From Octopus sinensis (lineage: Eukaryota): 64,000 nt of DNA. The stretch is taken from positions 60,760,001-60,824,000 of the forward strand of contig NC_043006.1 in NCBI RefSeq assembly GCF_006345805.1, read 5' to 3'. The translations under genes and the position numbers were made by a program. Positions 11,950 through 24,723 of the stretch are shown here, piece by piece. The notes under the pieces are model-generated. The model made no database searches, was not told the origin of the DNA, and saw only the letters and a list, made by a program, of their open reading frames with translations. Position 1 is the stretch's first letter, and every line of letters begins with the position of its first letter.

Positions 11950-12900
11950 TCGAAAATCGCAAAATTAGATTCTTTAGTTTAAACTGTTCATCTGTTTAAT
12001 GTAAGCAAAGGAATGGTATTCAATGGAAAAATTATCGCATATTTATTATAAAAATAATAAAGATATCGCATATTTATTATAAAAATAATAAAGATATCGC
12101 ATATATATTATAAAAATCATAAAAATTCTGTCAATAGATTGAGTTTCCAACCGGTGATGTAATAGATGACAGAGAAGAATGGATATAGATATTTAAAAAT
12201 ACTAAAGGTTGATGAGATCAAAGGAGATTTAAATGGTAGAAAGTGTTTGAAAAAAAATATTAAGAGGAAATTACAATTGGTTTTAAAGACAAAATTTAAA
12301 TGACAAAAAACGATAGTAACTCATGTGTGATGTCAGTAATAAAATATAGAGCAGGTATACTCAAATATGTAAATAGTTTGTGTGAGACGAGTAATCCTAT
12401 GAAAGAGTGAGGAACTCGAAAGCGGATGTAAAACTCAGACGTAAATTTTGGAAGACGCATTAATCTATGCAATACGAAGTGAAACACTTAGAACAATCTA
12501 TGTGAAATACCTCTTCGATAAGAAAGTTGTTTAACTTATCTAAAATTCATGGACAAAGAAAAACTAAAAAAGATTAAAGCACTAGCCATATAGTGTGCGA
12601 ATGCTACAACTTTGCACAAAGAGAATACAAAATGGCAACAACACAGCAGAATTGTTCATTGAAAACTGTGTGGGAAATATAATTTGTTCAGAGCTGAGAA
12701 GTAGTACAGACATTAATTTAATTTATGGAAAAAAAGTGAACGAATGAATGTGACCAAGCGATTGATGTAGAACACCAGGTATTGTTATTCCTAAGGAAAA
12801 TGAAGACACTGTAGAATGAGAGGTATAGTATCTCCAGGTGAGAACAAAGGAAAACATTGAAAACGTTGTTAAATAAGATGACATACTCATTCTTAATATA
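11950..12900 (+). mobile_element. Old, decayed R4/Dong fragment (RT thumb to endonuclease)
   Basis: With frame jumps: NGYRYLKIL..DEIK, SVIKYRAGIL, IVCECYNFAQREYK, RIVH*KLCGKYNL. Confidence 0.6.
12033..12125. repeat. 31-bp tandem repeat, three copies
   Basis: TCGCAT recurs at 12035, 12066 and 12097. Confidence 0.9.
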
Positions 12901-13372
12901 TTCTGGCAGATTCGAATGTAAATATAATAATCACTGTTGAAATTTTTTCCCTGGAAAGCAAATTCTCCTTTCAGAAGCATGTGTGGTAAATACACAGCCA
13001 ATTCATTAGTATAGAGGAAATTTGAGACACACGATGTTTCGATAGGTTTTGTGACTTACTACACGCTATAAAGAATGTCATGGTGAACATGAGAATTTAC
13101 TATTGGTTGACAGATTTGTTTGCTGAATTATAAACAAGATTCGCAAACTCCTCTGAAATTCATTAGCCTGAGTTAACTTTGGTTGAAGAGACACGACAAC
13201 ACCGAAACATTAGATAACCCTTTACACTAATGAAACGAACGTGTTATGAAGATTCATTGGTCTGAAATACGAAATGCAACAGCGATTAAGATGTAAATGT
13301 TTGAATCTGCTGAAATATAAATATATATATATTAATTTTGGCAATTCTCGCTGTTCACCGTTCATAATACTG

Positions 13373-14717
13373 AGAGCTCGATGCGAAAAAGTAGATAATA
13401 GGTATCAACACTCTAGCCATCCCAGTTATGAGTTACAACTACATAATTCTTAACTGGACTCTAAATGATCTAATCAAAATAGATAGGAAAACAAGAAAAA
13501 TAATCACATGATTTAGGATGTACCACACAGAATCTGGCATACAAATGTTATAAATACAAAGTATCAAATGGTGTAAGAAACTTTATAGAGCTAGAAAACT
13601 ATTAAAAATATAACCTCCGTAGGACTACAGAAGTGCCTACTTTAGAAGCAAGGAAAACTAATATAAATAGCCACAAAACACGAAACAAAACACTGTTTTC
13701 GGTATTTAAGCAGCTGACAAATACAAAAAAAGATGCAACAGTACCAAACAACTATGAAAAAAAGAAAGAAGAAGCAACAAAAGCTGTAAAACAACTGAAA
13801 TCCTAACTAAAATTGGAACAGCAACGAATGGTCATAAAACGATGGCAAGAAAAATACCTTCATGGAAAATACAGGTGTTAAACAAAGCAGGAAAAAAGAA
13901 ATCCCAAAATCTGCAAAATCCCATCAGTGGCTGAGAAGCTCAGGACTCAAAGTAGATATTGAAAGATTTTTACTTGTTGCAGAATATCAAAGCCTTCCCA
14001 CGAGAAATTACCAAAAACTTTTAATGAAATGAAAATCAACAAGTAACTGCAGAATTTGTGAAGATGGATAAGAAACAATAAATAATATTTCCTCTTGCCG
14101 CCCAGTCCTGGCTAAGAAGGAATATATTCACAGACATGACAGAGTTGGGACTTATATACACTGAAAACTATGCCAACATTATGGAATAACAACAGAAAAA
14201 TGATGTTATACGCACACGCCAGAAATGGTCATAGAAAATGAGAAAGTACAATACTCTGGGATATGCCATTAAACACAGATAGAGAAATTAAGGCTAATAG
14301 GCCGGATATAGTTGTCAGAGTTCACTGAGACAAAAATTGCATTCTAATCGATGTATCAATACCAACGGTTTCACTCGTTTCTCTAAAAGAAACGGAGGAA
14401 CTTTAAAAATACAAAGAACTTGAAACAGAGGTAACTCAAATGTGGAGCCTAAAAACAGAAACAATACCTATCATAGTATGCAAATTAGGTATGGTGAAAA
14501 CAAAATTCATACAAATACATAAGAAAAACACCAGGACGAACAAATATATAAAACGTACAGAAAATAGCACTACTAGGCACCGCACACAACCTACGTAAAA
14601 CACTTTCCATACAGTAAATATAAGAGCATCACAGTAAATCACAGCACATAACCATGGCACACAGAGCTGCGCTCGGTAGTGCAGTGAAAATACATGATAA
14701 GAATAAGACTTCTCAAT

Positions 14718-14718
<1 letters not shown>
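13373..14718 (+). mobile_element. 5'-truncated R4/Dong copy, paralogous to 10050-11396
   Basis: Colinear DNA similarity with copy 1 through thumb, CCHC finger and endonuclease. Shares an identical 26-nt 3' UTR motif. Ends in (TAC)n. Confidence 0.88.
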
Positions 14719-14844
<126 letters not shown>

Positions 14845-15024
14845 AATGCCGAGATACATTGCAAGGCAGTAGCTTTCATAGCTCCTGATCTTAACTGATT
14901 GGAAGTGTGATCATGTACATACTTTTGTGTCGGTACAAAAGATGGTCTACAGCAAATAATCTGATGAATACCGCAAATTTGCTCGTCAGTTGTTTGCCCT
15001 TAACCAGTTGAGCATATCCCTTTG

Positions 15025-15085
<61 letters not shown>

Positions 15086-16014
15086 TATATATGTATCTAT
15101 ATTTATATATCTATCTATATATATGTGTGTGGGTGTGTGTGAATATGTATATATGAGAATAGGCAAAAGAATAAGCAGAAATACCAAGACAGAGAAAAAG
15201 AAATATCAAAATCGAAAGGAATGAAGAAAACAATGGTGTAATGATTTAATGTTTACTGAGTTATTTGTTTTTCTATTTAGTGAGAGTGTATCTTGTAGAA
15301 TAAAAGCACAGGGAGAAATATGAATATAAATGTAAGTTTCTTAAATATTCTATGTAGTATTATATGGGATTTAAAGAGCAGTATTTCACCGAATGTAATA
15401 CCGTTCAAACATCCAATCCAATAACATATTATTATATTGTTGTATTATATTTGTTGTATTTAATAAACTTCAATAGTCTTGTATTTAGTTGAACGAATGA
15501 CTTCAGAGCTATTTTCGTTTCGTTTGTTTTCTTTCGTTTTATTTTGTAAGCTATGCATGTGAAACTACTGTAAAACTCTTCAAGCATACAATTGAAAACT
15601 GATGCAAATGCGTATCAGATAACTTCGTTTCGGCAATGTCATGTTTTGTTTCCGAATGTATGTTTAAATGTTTGGAATTCTATCTTTCCTAGAACTATTT
15701 TGCTTAACTAAGTTGCTATATATTTTACACAAATACTAACGTAGCGTGTAGTGATTACACAAATACGATATAGTAATACAATCTTCAAGTTATGTTGAAA
15801 AAACAAAAGTTATTTTTCATTAGAAGCTCTTTGCCAGCGAAAGTTTATGGAATATATTATGGTTATGCACTTAATTTGTTAAAGTCATTGCATCTCAGGC
15901 GTGTTAAGATATATATTCATCTTATCTGAAAATATGCAATGTTCACAATAAATGTATTCAATACATTAACGAATGGTCAGATAGCAACGAAAGAAATAAC
16001 TTGAAGTGGTTATT

Positions 16015-16210
16015 CCGGTTCGTTACATTCTGAGTTCAAATCTTAACTGGTTAACTTAGACTTTAATCATACCAGGTATCTATAAGTAATTATAAGCTAG
16101 GGATTAGCAGACAAGTGGAATCCCTCTAGCGTCGAATAGGATGTCAGGTGTATTTATTCCGTGTTTTTATTTTTGCATTTTGAGTTCAAATCCTACTGTG
16201 GGCAACTTAG
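16015..16210 (+). mobile_element. Two decayed SINE head fragments
   Basis: Two B-box-like motifs, TTCTGAGTTCAAATC and TTTTGAGTTCAAATCC, about 150 bp apart. Confidence 0.4.
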
Positions 16211-16411
16211 TACACAATCCGTCACCCTATCTAATACCACTACATGTCCCGTACCTCTAGCGATCTACATGTCCCGTAGGTACCTAATTGAGGATAACTT
16301 CCTCCCTCCCTCCCTGCTTCTCTCTTGCTAGTCTTAGAGACCCTATAAATGATCATAGACATAGCTCTTCCATTCCCACACAGCGATAGATTAATAGAAA
16401 CACCATATAAC

Positions 16412-16520
<109 letters not shown>

Positions 16521-17454
16521 TGATTTGCTATCGTCGCGTCGTCTCTCATAAGTTCAAATAATTTCTGGTGTTTATTTGTGTATCTGTATTTATCTTTGTC
16601 AAAAAGGTGCCTAACAACATCTGCTTGGTCTTGAGCGAGGTTTTCGCTTGAAAACTGGCCCTTTAAGACTGAATTTTCAGATTTTAAGATTTTATTTTGC
16701 GAAAATATTTTTTCATCTCTCTAGAAAATTGGACAGTCCTTCTAAGACTGCCGGCGTCCCTGTATTCCAGTTAGAAATTGAGTTTCCGTAATTATCATTA
16801 TCAAAAACTACAAACAAGAAAGACAACATTGATGAACACACACACACACACATGCGCGCGCGCGCACGCACACACACACACACAAATACACACATTTGAG
16901 CAACAATACGTATGCTGACGCAAGCGTTCGTTCCGAACGAGTGGGAAAAGAAGGCAGAGAAAACAATACACTCATAATACAATGAAAGGTACAACCACCA
17001 TTATCATCTCTCCTATCACCATTACTATCATCTCTCCTGCTACCACCACTGTTACGATGACTACTACCACCAGCAACAATGCCATCGATAAAGCAAATAA
17101 CATTGCTTCTATTATAAGACAAGAAAGACATTTAGTTCCGTTCTGAACAGAGGAAATACAATAATGCAAAAAGTTATTAAACAAAGACAGAACAATAAAA
17201 CTAAACACCTCAGAAAACATTTTGCAGGACATTAAAAAAAACATAATTTATAAAATCTGATCATAAAAACTAAAAGATTGGAATAGGCCACTCAACAAAC
17301 AGTTGGAAAGGGTCTACGGCCCATATGGGCTTACAGAAAATATATTTCAACGGGCAAAATATTTGCCACGATCGAGGTAATATTCGGCACAAAAGCGCAC
17401 AGAGAAGAACTCTCGACAAAAAGTCTGGAATGCGAGGAATTTATAATGATTCTA

Positions 17455-17790
17455 ATTTACCTCGGTCGTCGGGTGGCGAACATAAGAATTAAAGATGTGC
17501 CCCCTGAGATAAAAAAAAAGATGACTGGTGTTAACCATCTGTTATGATTTTGAAGAAACAATAGACATATTAGAAATTGCCGTGCTGGAACAGTAAAACA
17601 GGGTTGAACACAGATTAGAGCTATTAATCCAGGCAAATCAAGAGACCTTTGAAAATCCCAGATTTGATAAAACTTCCGGATGGCTGGCATGACACTACAT
17701 GTTCCCGTTGAAGGCAGGTCATATTGATACCTTTAAGGTAGCAAAAATCATCGTAAAATAGACTCCAAAATAGCACAAGAACAACAACAA
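17455..17790 (+). mobile_element. Decayed L1/Tx1-type ORF1 (gag-like) remnant
   Basis: With frame jumps: GRRVANIRIKDVPPEI...PDLIKLPDG.TLHVPVEGR.SY*YL*GSKNHRKID, consistent with a degraded VEGR-CxxCxxxxH zinc knuckle. Confidence 0.45.
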
Positions 17791-18004
17791 AACCCAAAAG
17801 TCAACAGCAAACCAGCACTGTTACCCACACAGCCATCAGTACAACAGATAAAACAGCGCTACCAACGGATGAAACAACTTCAACAACCAGCAAGCCAACC
17901 CACCCAACTCCACGATTAGCGCCATCAAGAACAGAAGCAACACCATCACCATCAAAACCATCACCACCACCACCACCGCCACCACCATCAGCAACAACGA
18001 CAAA

Positions 18005-18460
18005 TACAGAAGAATCACTCGGGCGGTTTTACTACTCAGATATGGGGCAGGGATAATCGCATGGACAGTAGACGAACTAAACAGCTTAGACAATGAGACA
18101 AGCAAGTTTTTGACCTGATATAGGATACTTCACCCAACCAGTGACTGTATGTACAAATAAAAAGAAGGGGAAGAGAACTGATCGGATGCGAACACTGCAT
18201 TAGAGCAGAAGAACACAACCATGTAATGTAAAAAAAAGCCACAGAACCACATTTATTGGAACTAAGGAGGTCAGGGTTGTATAAGATGGGATAATGCCTT
18301 GAAAATGAATGAAACCGAAAATATATGGATAAAAACAAGAATGCATGGACAATTTCATAGGGTTTGTGAAGATAAGACAGAAAGAGAAAAATAGATGGCT
18401 ATGGATGACTAAAAGTGATTTAAAACCGGAAACGGAGGCTCAAGTCTTTGCTGCTTAAGA
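18005..18460 (+). mobile_element. Decayed R4/Dong RT-thumb fragment
   Basis: YGAGIIAWTVDELNSLD...ILHPTSD...RELIGCEHCIRAEE and WLWMTKSDLKPETEAQVFAA. Confidence 0.75.
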
Positions 18461-18639
18461 ACTACCAAAAAACCAGGGAAAAAAAACAGGTAAAAAGAAT
18501 CACCAGGAAAAACGAATCACCAAAGACCAGGAAAAAAACAGGAAAAAAAGTAAAGACTAACCCCTCATCTCCAACAACCCATACACCAAATCCCACATCT
18601 ATCTATCTATGGAAATAATAATGATGAAAACAATGGAAT

Positions 18640-19335
18640 ATAGTAAACAAATGTTATAGCATTTGGCTTGTAATTATAAATATTGGATGATAATGAAACG
18701 AAATGACAAACCCAATCATTCTAAAGTATTACGACAGAGAAACAATAAGGGACGGATTCACATATTCCATTATTGCTATTTCCCTTGAACATTGTGTGTA
18801 AAAGCAAATACTAATGGTTGCTGTTGATATCTAGCATATTAAATTGTTGTCGTGTTGAATCTGACCTTGGTCTTTTCAAGGTTCATGTTGATACTGACAA
18901 GTTAGTTGTCTTTTAGTGTGGATATCGGTGACTATATCCTCCAATTCTTTAGGTGTATGCGCTATCAAGATGATGTGATCGGTAAAGTCCAGGTGGTATA
19001 GTTGTTCTCCATCAATGTTGATGCCATTCTTTTTCCGTTGCATTTTGTTGATGACAGCGTTTTACCGGCACGATGTAAAGAGCTACGGCGAGATATTGTC
19101 GCCTTGCCTTGCACCTCTCTACATCTTGAACTTATCACTGTCTTGGTATAGCCTGGGAGTCGATGTTGTATCGCTGTAAAGATTTTTCAGTATCGCAATG
19201 TACTTTGGGTCCACTCTTTGGTTCTTCAGTACTGTAAGGAGCGGTGTGAATTCTATGAAGTTGAAGGTTACCTCGTAGTAAAAAGAGGTAATGTAGAATG
19301 GAATGTTATATATGTTTGCTTTCTATTGTGATCAA
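18640..19335 (-). mobile_element. RTE-clade RT fragment (domains 3-6)
   Basis: Reverse strand: NIPFYI..YE..FNFIEFTPLLTVLKNQ.VDPKYIAILKNLYSD...RGARQGDNISP*LFTSC...GINIDGEQLYHLDFTDHIIL. Confidence 0.8.
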
Positions 19336-19339
19336 TCAT

Positions 19340-19875
19340 AGAAAAAAGCCATCAGAAAATATTACGAAGATTAACAGCTAAAAGCTCGCAAAAGTATTAG
19401 AAGGCTGAAGTCTGTCATGCAAAATCCAAACACGGGAAAAGATAACATCAGGGACCTGTCGGAAGATGGTAGAGTCATCAGTGACCTTAACATGCTTATT
19501 AAACGAGGTGAAGAGTTCTATAGCAAATTGTGTTGCACCAGACGACCTCAAGGCCATCCATTCTCCAACTCAACTCCAACTCTACGCCTTCCCTCTCTCA
19601 TACAATCAGAGACAAAAGCAAGCATCAAACGACTCAAGAAAGACAAGGCTCCTAGCGGGGAAAACACCTCTGCTGGCCTTCTTCAGGGAGGGTGGGTAGA
19701 TAGCCCATCTTGACGATGCTCATAAATCTATTGAACATATGCTTTGAAGAAGGCAAAATCCCCAAAAGTTAGAAGAACTTAATAGTGGTCTTGCTTTACA
19801 AGAAATGTGACAAACCGGACTTGAGAAACTATCGTTCCATCAATCTGCCCACCATCTACAAAGTGTTCTCTCACT
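19340..19875 (+). mobile_element. RTE-clade fragment (linker plus RT domains 0-2), inverted relative to its neighbour
   Basis: IQSETKASIKRLKKDKAPSGE...EEGKIPKS*KN..VVLLYKKCDKPDLRNYRSINLPTIYKVFS. Confidence 0.8.
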
Positions 19876-20586
19876 TTACGCTAAGAACAACGTTCACAAA
19901 CTTCAAAATTCTCAATAGAAACAATTCCACCAAAAGTCTAAAATATGGTTCGCAGCATATGAAACTTATATTGAGAACAAAGAAGCAATTTGAAAGAAAA
20001 CATATAATATAGCTAGTATAACAAAGAAACAACTAAAACGATAAACGTACACACATTTCAAACAGATAGAATCAAATTTAACAGCAGAAGCTAAACCAGG
20101 GGACAGTAAAGAAAACTAATACAAATCAGACATCTGACAGAAAGATTTGTTGATGTGGTTTAATAATCACAAGCCACACAAGAAGTAATAAAAGGATGCT
20201 TAAAGAATTATTTGAAACATGTCTTCGTATCATACTTTACCATAAAAACTGGGCACTGTAAATATATATCGTAATAGAAAATGAACGTCTTATCATACAC
20301 TTCCGAAAAAAATCAATCACAAAATAACCAGAAAATTCAGATTAACTATTCCGTCTGACCAATTATGTCTGGCAGGTAACAAAATTTCAATAAAGCCAGC
20401 AAAACTAGACTGTATTAGATCCTAATGAAATCGCAAAAGAACGCACTAAGCAGTTAATATAATTGCGTATACATATATATACATTCATACATACATGTGT
20501 GTGAATTTATATATATAATTATTACATACACGGACACAGACACACACACAAAGACATATATGTACATATACATATGTATATATATG

Positions 20587-20618
<32 letters not shown>

Positions 20619-20665
20619 TAGATAGATATATATATATGTATATATATATAGATACAAAAACACAC

Positions 20666-20706
<41 letters not shown>

Positions 20707-21044
20707 CACACATACACAGAAACACACACACACACATTCTCTCTCGCACTTTCTCCCCATTCATCACCCTCTTGTACTATCTTATATCTCTCCTCACCAC
20801 TACACACTTAATAACACTATAAAAATAGTCAAATTTTCCCCAAGAACTTAGTTCAATTCGAAAACTCCACTAGAATGGGCGAAAGCGCTAATATATGATA
20901 TATGATATATTATATATAATGTATAAAAATATGTAATATACAAATAAATATCTGTAAATATAAAATCTGCCGAATTTCTGAGTACCTCATTTCTTCTAAT
21001 ATAAAATACCTGTACATCATCTCCAAACCTTCTAATATATATAT

Positions 21045-21550
21045 ACTAGCAGTATTGCCCAGCTCAACGGGGATTTCAGGGGAGAGTTTCGAGGAATCGC
21101 TGGCGATGTATCGTGGTGATCAAAAATCCGGCCTGCTAAAATTTGGTTAAAGTGATTCAAACTGCAGACTCAACGCAAAATGGTCACATTTAATTCAAAG
21201 CGTTAAAAATGTTATGAAAACAATTGGTATGTGTTCACAAAGTCCAAACGATTAATACAAAAAAGCCCGAAAATTCCTTTCTTTGCCGAATTTCTACAAT
21301 GTTTACGGCAATTCGTTTTTATATCTTGATTTTTTATTTTTCATGCATGAGATAAGGCCTAAACAAACACATTATCGATTTTTACACTTGCGAGATGAAT
21401 TTCGGAACAGAAATAGCGCAGTTCAGTTTTCATTCGCCTAAACTTTAAGTGACCCATTTTTGGTGGTTCTACGATTTGTTGGCTAGGAGGAGATGTGCCG
21501 GGAAGTTAAACACACAGACACACAAGTTGAGTTCCATATATATATATAGT
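21045..21550 (+). mobile_element. Possible non-autonomous Helitron-like element
   Basis: Starts ACTAGCAGTATTGCCC after a TA run and ends with ACACACAGACACAC...TATATATATAG, the terminal pattern of invertebrate non-autonomous Helitron-like repeats. No coding evidence. Confidence 0.45.
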
Positions 21551-21722
21551 TACGTATAGATATATATGCACATATATATTTCTATATAGAGAAAGACGGG
21601 GTCATAGCGATGATCGATGATTGAGCAATTGTTATGAAACAATATGTTTCAACTAAAGTTAAATATTATTTGAATTATAAAATATGTTTGTTTGAATGAG
21701 ATATAAACAGTAACTGCTCGAC

Positions 21723-22316
21723 AACGTAAAGTATACTAGCCATCTCAATATGGCTAACCACTAAGGGTGGGTGTTACTGTAGCTTTTAGCCCCAGGAGAT
21801 CATCGTCTCCAGCTGGCTTTAGGCACACATTTTGTGTCCTTATGGTATTTGCAAAGGGAGGTCATCCCTCTCTCGTAAACCTAACTGCAGTTTCTAGGTA
21901 TTTGCCTGTCTTCGGCGTACGGCAATCACCGGTTTTCGATGAAGGGAGACCTGTTTGCAAAAAAATATTTATTTATTGTTTTTCCAGTAACTTCCGTCAC
22001 TGATTTCGAAAAACTGTCTGCAAGCAATGATAAATCTCTGAATGAGATGTAAACAGTAATTGCTCGACAACCAGGTCTCCCTTCATCGAAAACCGGTAAT
22101 TGCCGTACGCCGAAGACAGGCAAATACCTAGAAACTGCAGTCCGTGTGTATCACTTAGGTTTACGAGAGAGGGATGGCCTCCCTTTGCAAATACTATAAG
22201 AACACAGAAAGTGTGACTAAAGCCAGCTGGAGACGATGATCTCCTGGGGCTAAAAGCTACAGTAACACCCACCCTTAGTAGTTAGCCATATTGCGATGGC
22301 TAGTATACTTTACGTT
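21723..22316. mobile_element. Foldback made of two inverted PLE-type terminal repeats (arms 21723-21953 and 22072-22316)
   Basis: Arms of about 235-245 bp are near-identical reverse complements apart from a 14-nt indel and scattered substitutions. They share the TCCTGGGGCTAAA box with the PLE terminus at 1.7 kb and carry a hammerhead motif. Confidence 0.85.
22104..22148 (+). ncRNA. Hammerhead-like motif (U4C core variant) in the right foldback arm
   Basis: cgtacg-CCGAAGA-cAGGcaaataCCTa-GAAAC-tgca-GTC-cgtgtg. Stem I has 6 bp including two G.U pairs; stem III loop is palindromic. The mirror copy at 21883-21921 (-) has lost its 3' stem I strand. Confidence 0.55.
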
Positions 22317-22521
22317 ACATATGTTTGTTTGATTTCTCAGTAATACGAGCGCGCGCAAACACGTGCATATAAAGTTGTTAGTCGACAAGCTTTTCTAACT
22401 TGAACTTCTTGTAAATGCACTTATGCAATATCGGCTTAATACATACTTTATCCCAAAACTCTGACCTGAAACATATGTAATACAAATTAGGCGATTAAGT
22501 TTATAAGAAAATAAAAGAAAT

Positions 22522-23395
22522 TTAGGTTAGTCAAAAGTTATTTAAGTATTTGCATACGTGCTAGTTTGCGGCGTGTATATCAAGTGGCTGAGACAGTTCG
22601 AGCTTTGATAGTTACCCGCGGAGATTGGTTGTATCAAGGTAGTTGATGAGCTTGTACATTGTGTATTGCCTCACTTCGTATGCAATTTGAAAATTTTACA
22701 GATGAACGTACGATGTTGCATAATTTGGGAACATATGGTTTACGACCTAGATCCAGCCATAACACCGAAGACGCAATCAAAGATATTTGTTGTGAGAAAG
22801 GTGAATGCGCCGTTGATCACAGCACAGTTATCAAATGGTTCAAGAAATTTCGCTCGGCTTATAAGAGCCTCAATGATCCGGCATGGTCAGGTAGGCTTAA
22901 AACCGTGGATTTCGAGGCAGTACTCCAAGCTCTAGAGGCACATTCCGCAAGTAGCACTCGCAGAGTATCAGGTGAGCGCGGTATCTCACGGATGTACGTG
23001 ATTGTGCGGCAAAAACACCCGGCATTAATTAATAGAAAGCGAGATCTTCTGCAACACAAGACCTCATACTGCTCGAACGACCCGGAATAAACTCTAGGAA
23101 CCTGAAGGAAATGACCTGATTCCACAACTAACCTATAGCTTGAACCTAGCTCACTTGAACAATTATCTGTTCCATTCTATGGTTCACTTCCTACGCTCTA
23201 GACTCAATCAAATGGAGATGGATCCTTCAATAAAGGAGTTCTTCGCCTCTAAGTATAAGAACTGGTATCAGCGTGGGATCAAAATGTGTCAGAAAGGTGA
23301 CTTCTAACTCTGGAACACGATAGCTTCTACTTTGAATGCTAGGTTGTTTTTATTGTAATATGCCGAATAAAGGAAACTTCGACTCAACACAATAA
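22522..23395 (+). mobile_element. Mariner element with internal deletion
   Basis: Left TIR TTAGGTTAGTCAAAAGT; degenerate right TIR near 23376-23395. HTH HSTVIKWFKKFRS..SLND..WSGR; C-terminal PYSLNLA...KEFFASK.KNWYQRGI. Most of the catalytic domain is absent. Confidence 0.8.
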
Positions 23396-23842
23396 AAATA
23401 AATGGAAGCAAACACGTAAAAATCTAACTGAATACGTGTAATATTTAAAGCTAAAAAACCAACATCTATGGAATTAAAGATGCTAATGAAAGTGACAAAG
23501 TAGAAACTTTAGGTGTTATTCCTTATCAAAGAGAAGAAAAGGGTAAAAGAGTGTCAAGAGAAAAAAAGAAAACAACATACAAAAGCAGATTTTCAACACC
23601 AGTCTATAATTGCTTACTGGCCTAGTGTAAAGTGGTAGATGAAAGGAAAAGATCAGAACAGAACAACTGAAAGAGGATTCAGAGATTGTGATAGTGATGT
23701 GTGCATGTTCAGTGAAGATCAATCAAATGCACATTTACATCTGTATATATGTAATATAATACATCTAGCCAAGGATGTAAGTGCACATACATCTACGTGT
23801 ACAAATATATTTATAGATAGAATTATGTCTCTCATTCTCTGA

Positions 23843-23945
23843 AGGTACTTATCTCCTTTGTTTGTGTCACGTAGTCAACTGGAAACGATATTTGTTTCCT
23901 GGGGCTAAATAGCAGTAGCATTCTTCCCTTTCCTGGGACTGCCAT
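23843..23945 (+). repeat. PLE terminal-repeat fragment homologous to 1628-1752
   Basis: Shares AGGTACTTATCTCC and CAACTGGAAAC...TTCCTGGGGCTAAATAGC.GTAGCATTCTTCCCTTTCCTGG. Confidence 0.75.
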
Positions 23946-23965
23946 CCCTTTCCTGGCAACAAACC

Positions 23966-23997
<32 letters not shown>

Positions 23998-24562
23998 TTC
24001 TAATTTACAGAAAAACAAGTACGAATACAGTTGTAGGAACACCAAGTAAGTCTTCTTGTGTGACGCTTGGGAAAAATGGAAAGGTCTTTTACGTTTCAAG
24101 CTTACACTTTTTGACAGAAAGGAATAAGAGGCAATAAACAGAGAGCAAATGAAAACAAAAACATGTTGAGTGAATGTCTGGAAGTGGTTAATATATACAA
24201 TGTATGTGTGCGTGTGTGTGTAGCTGTGAAAACAGCTCTACAATATCGGATGACGTACTCCTATAGACGGGAAAGACGTGAGCAGTCGCAGCAAAATTCT
24301 GACTGAGCACTCAGTACTAATGTACTAATCGACATCTGACAGCAGATCGCGTTTTTTTATAACGCTAACTTTTCCTTTATAAGTAAAAAATGAAGCGCCG
24401 AATGAGTTGAAATATTTCTTTAGAAATGAAGAAAATCATGAACGCACGAGAAAAGGTGTGACAACATCTTTTAGAAAATCAGGTAAAAAGTGACTTGCAG
24501 GCACTACTGAGAATCGAATTCTGCACCTTTGAAATTCCGAATTAGTGCTCTATACCTTGCAG

Positions 24563-24723
24563 CTAAATGCTCTCTGACTCAGAACGTTGTTCGATGCTGT
24601 GTAGCGGCTGCCGTACATTTTCCCCACGTCTATATGATGGCGTAATATCTGAGAGTACGATGAAGTCAAAGCTGTTCATACTGATAACTGTATGTACAAT
24701 CATAGTGGTTTGTTGCTCTGAAG
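24563..24723 (+). CDS. Candidate exon with start codon encoding a signal peptide (MKSKLFILITVCTIIVVCCSE); gene unidentified
   Basis: Acceptor CTCTATACCTTGCAG| at 24562. ATG at 24660 with A at -3. Basic N-region, hydrophobic core and small residues near the end. Possible phase-1 donor G|GTGTGA at 24724. No downstream exon could be assigned. Confidence 0.4.

Noticed and set aside
24085-24125. Minus-strand hammerhead-like motif (CTGTCAAAAAG...GAAACGTA)
   Set aside because: The GAAAC-GTA half is present, but the CUGANGA box and stem II are too degraded to call. It may be a dead PLE terminus.
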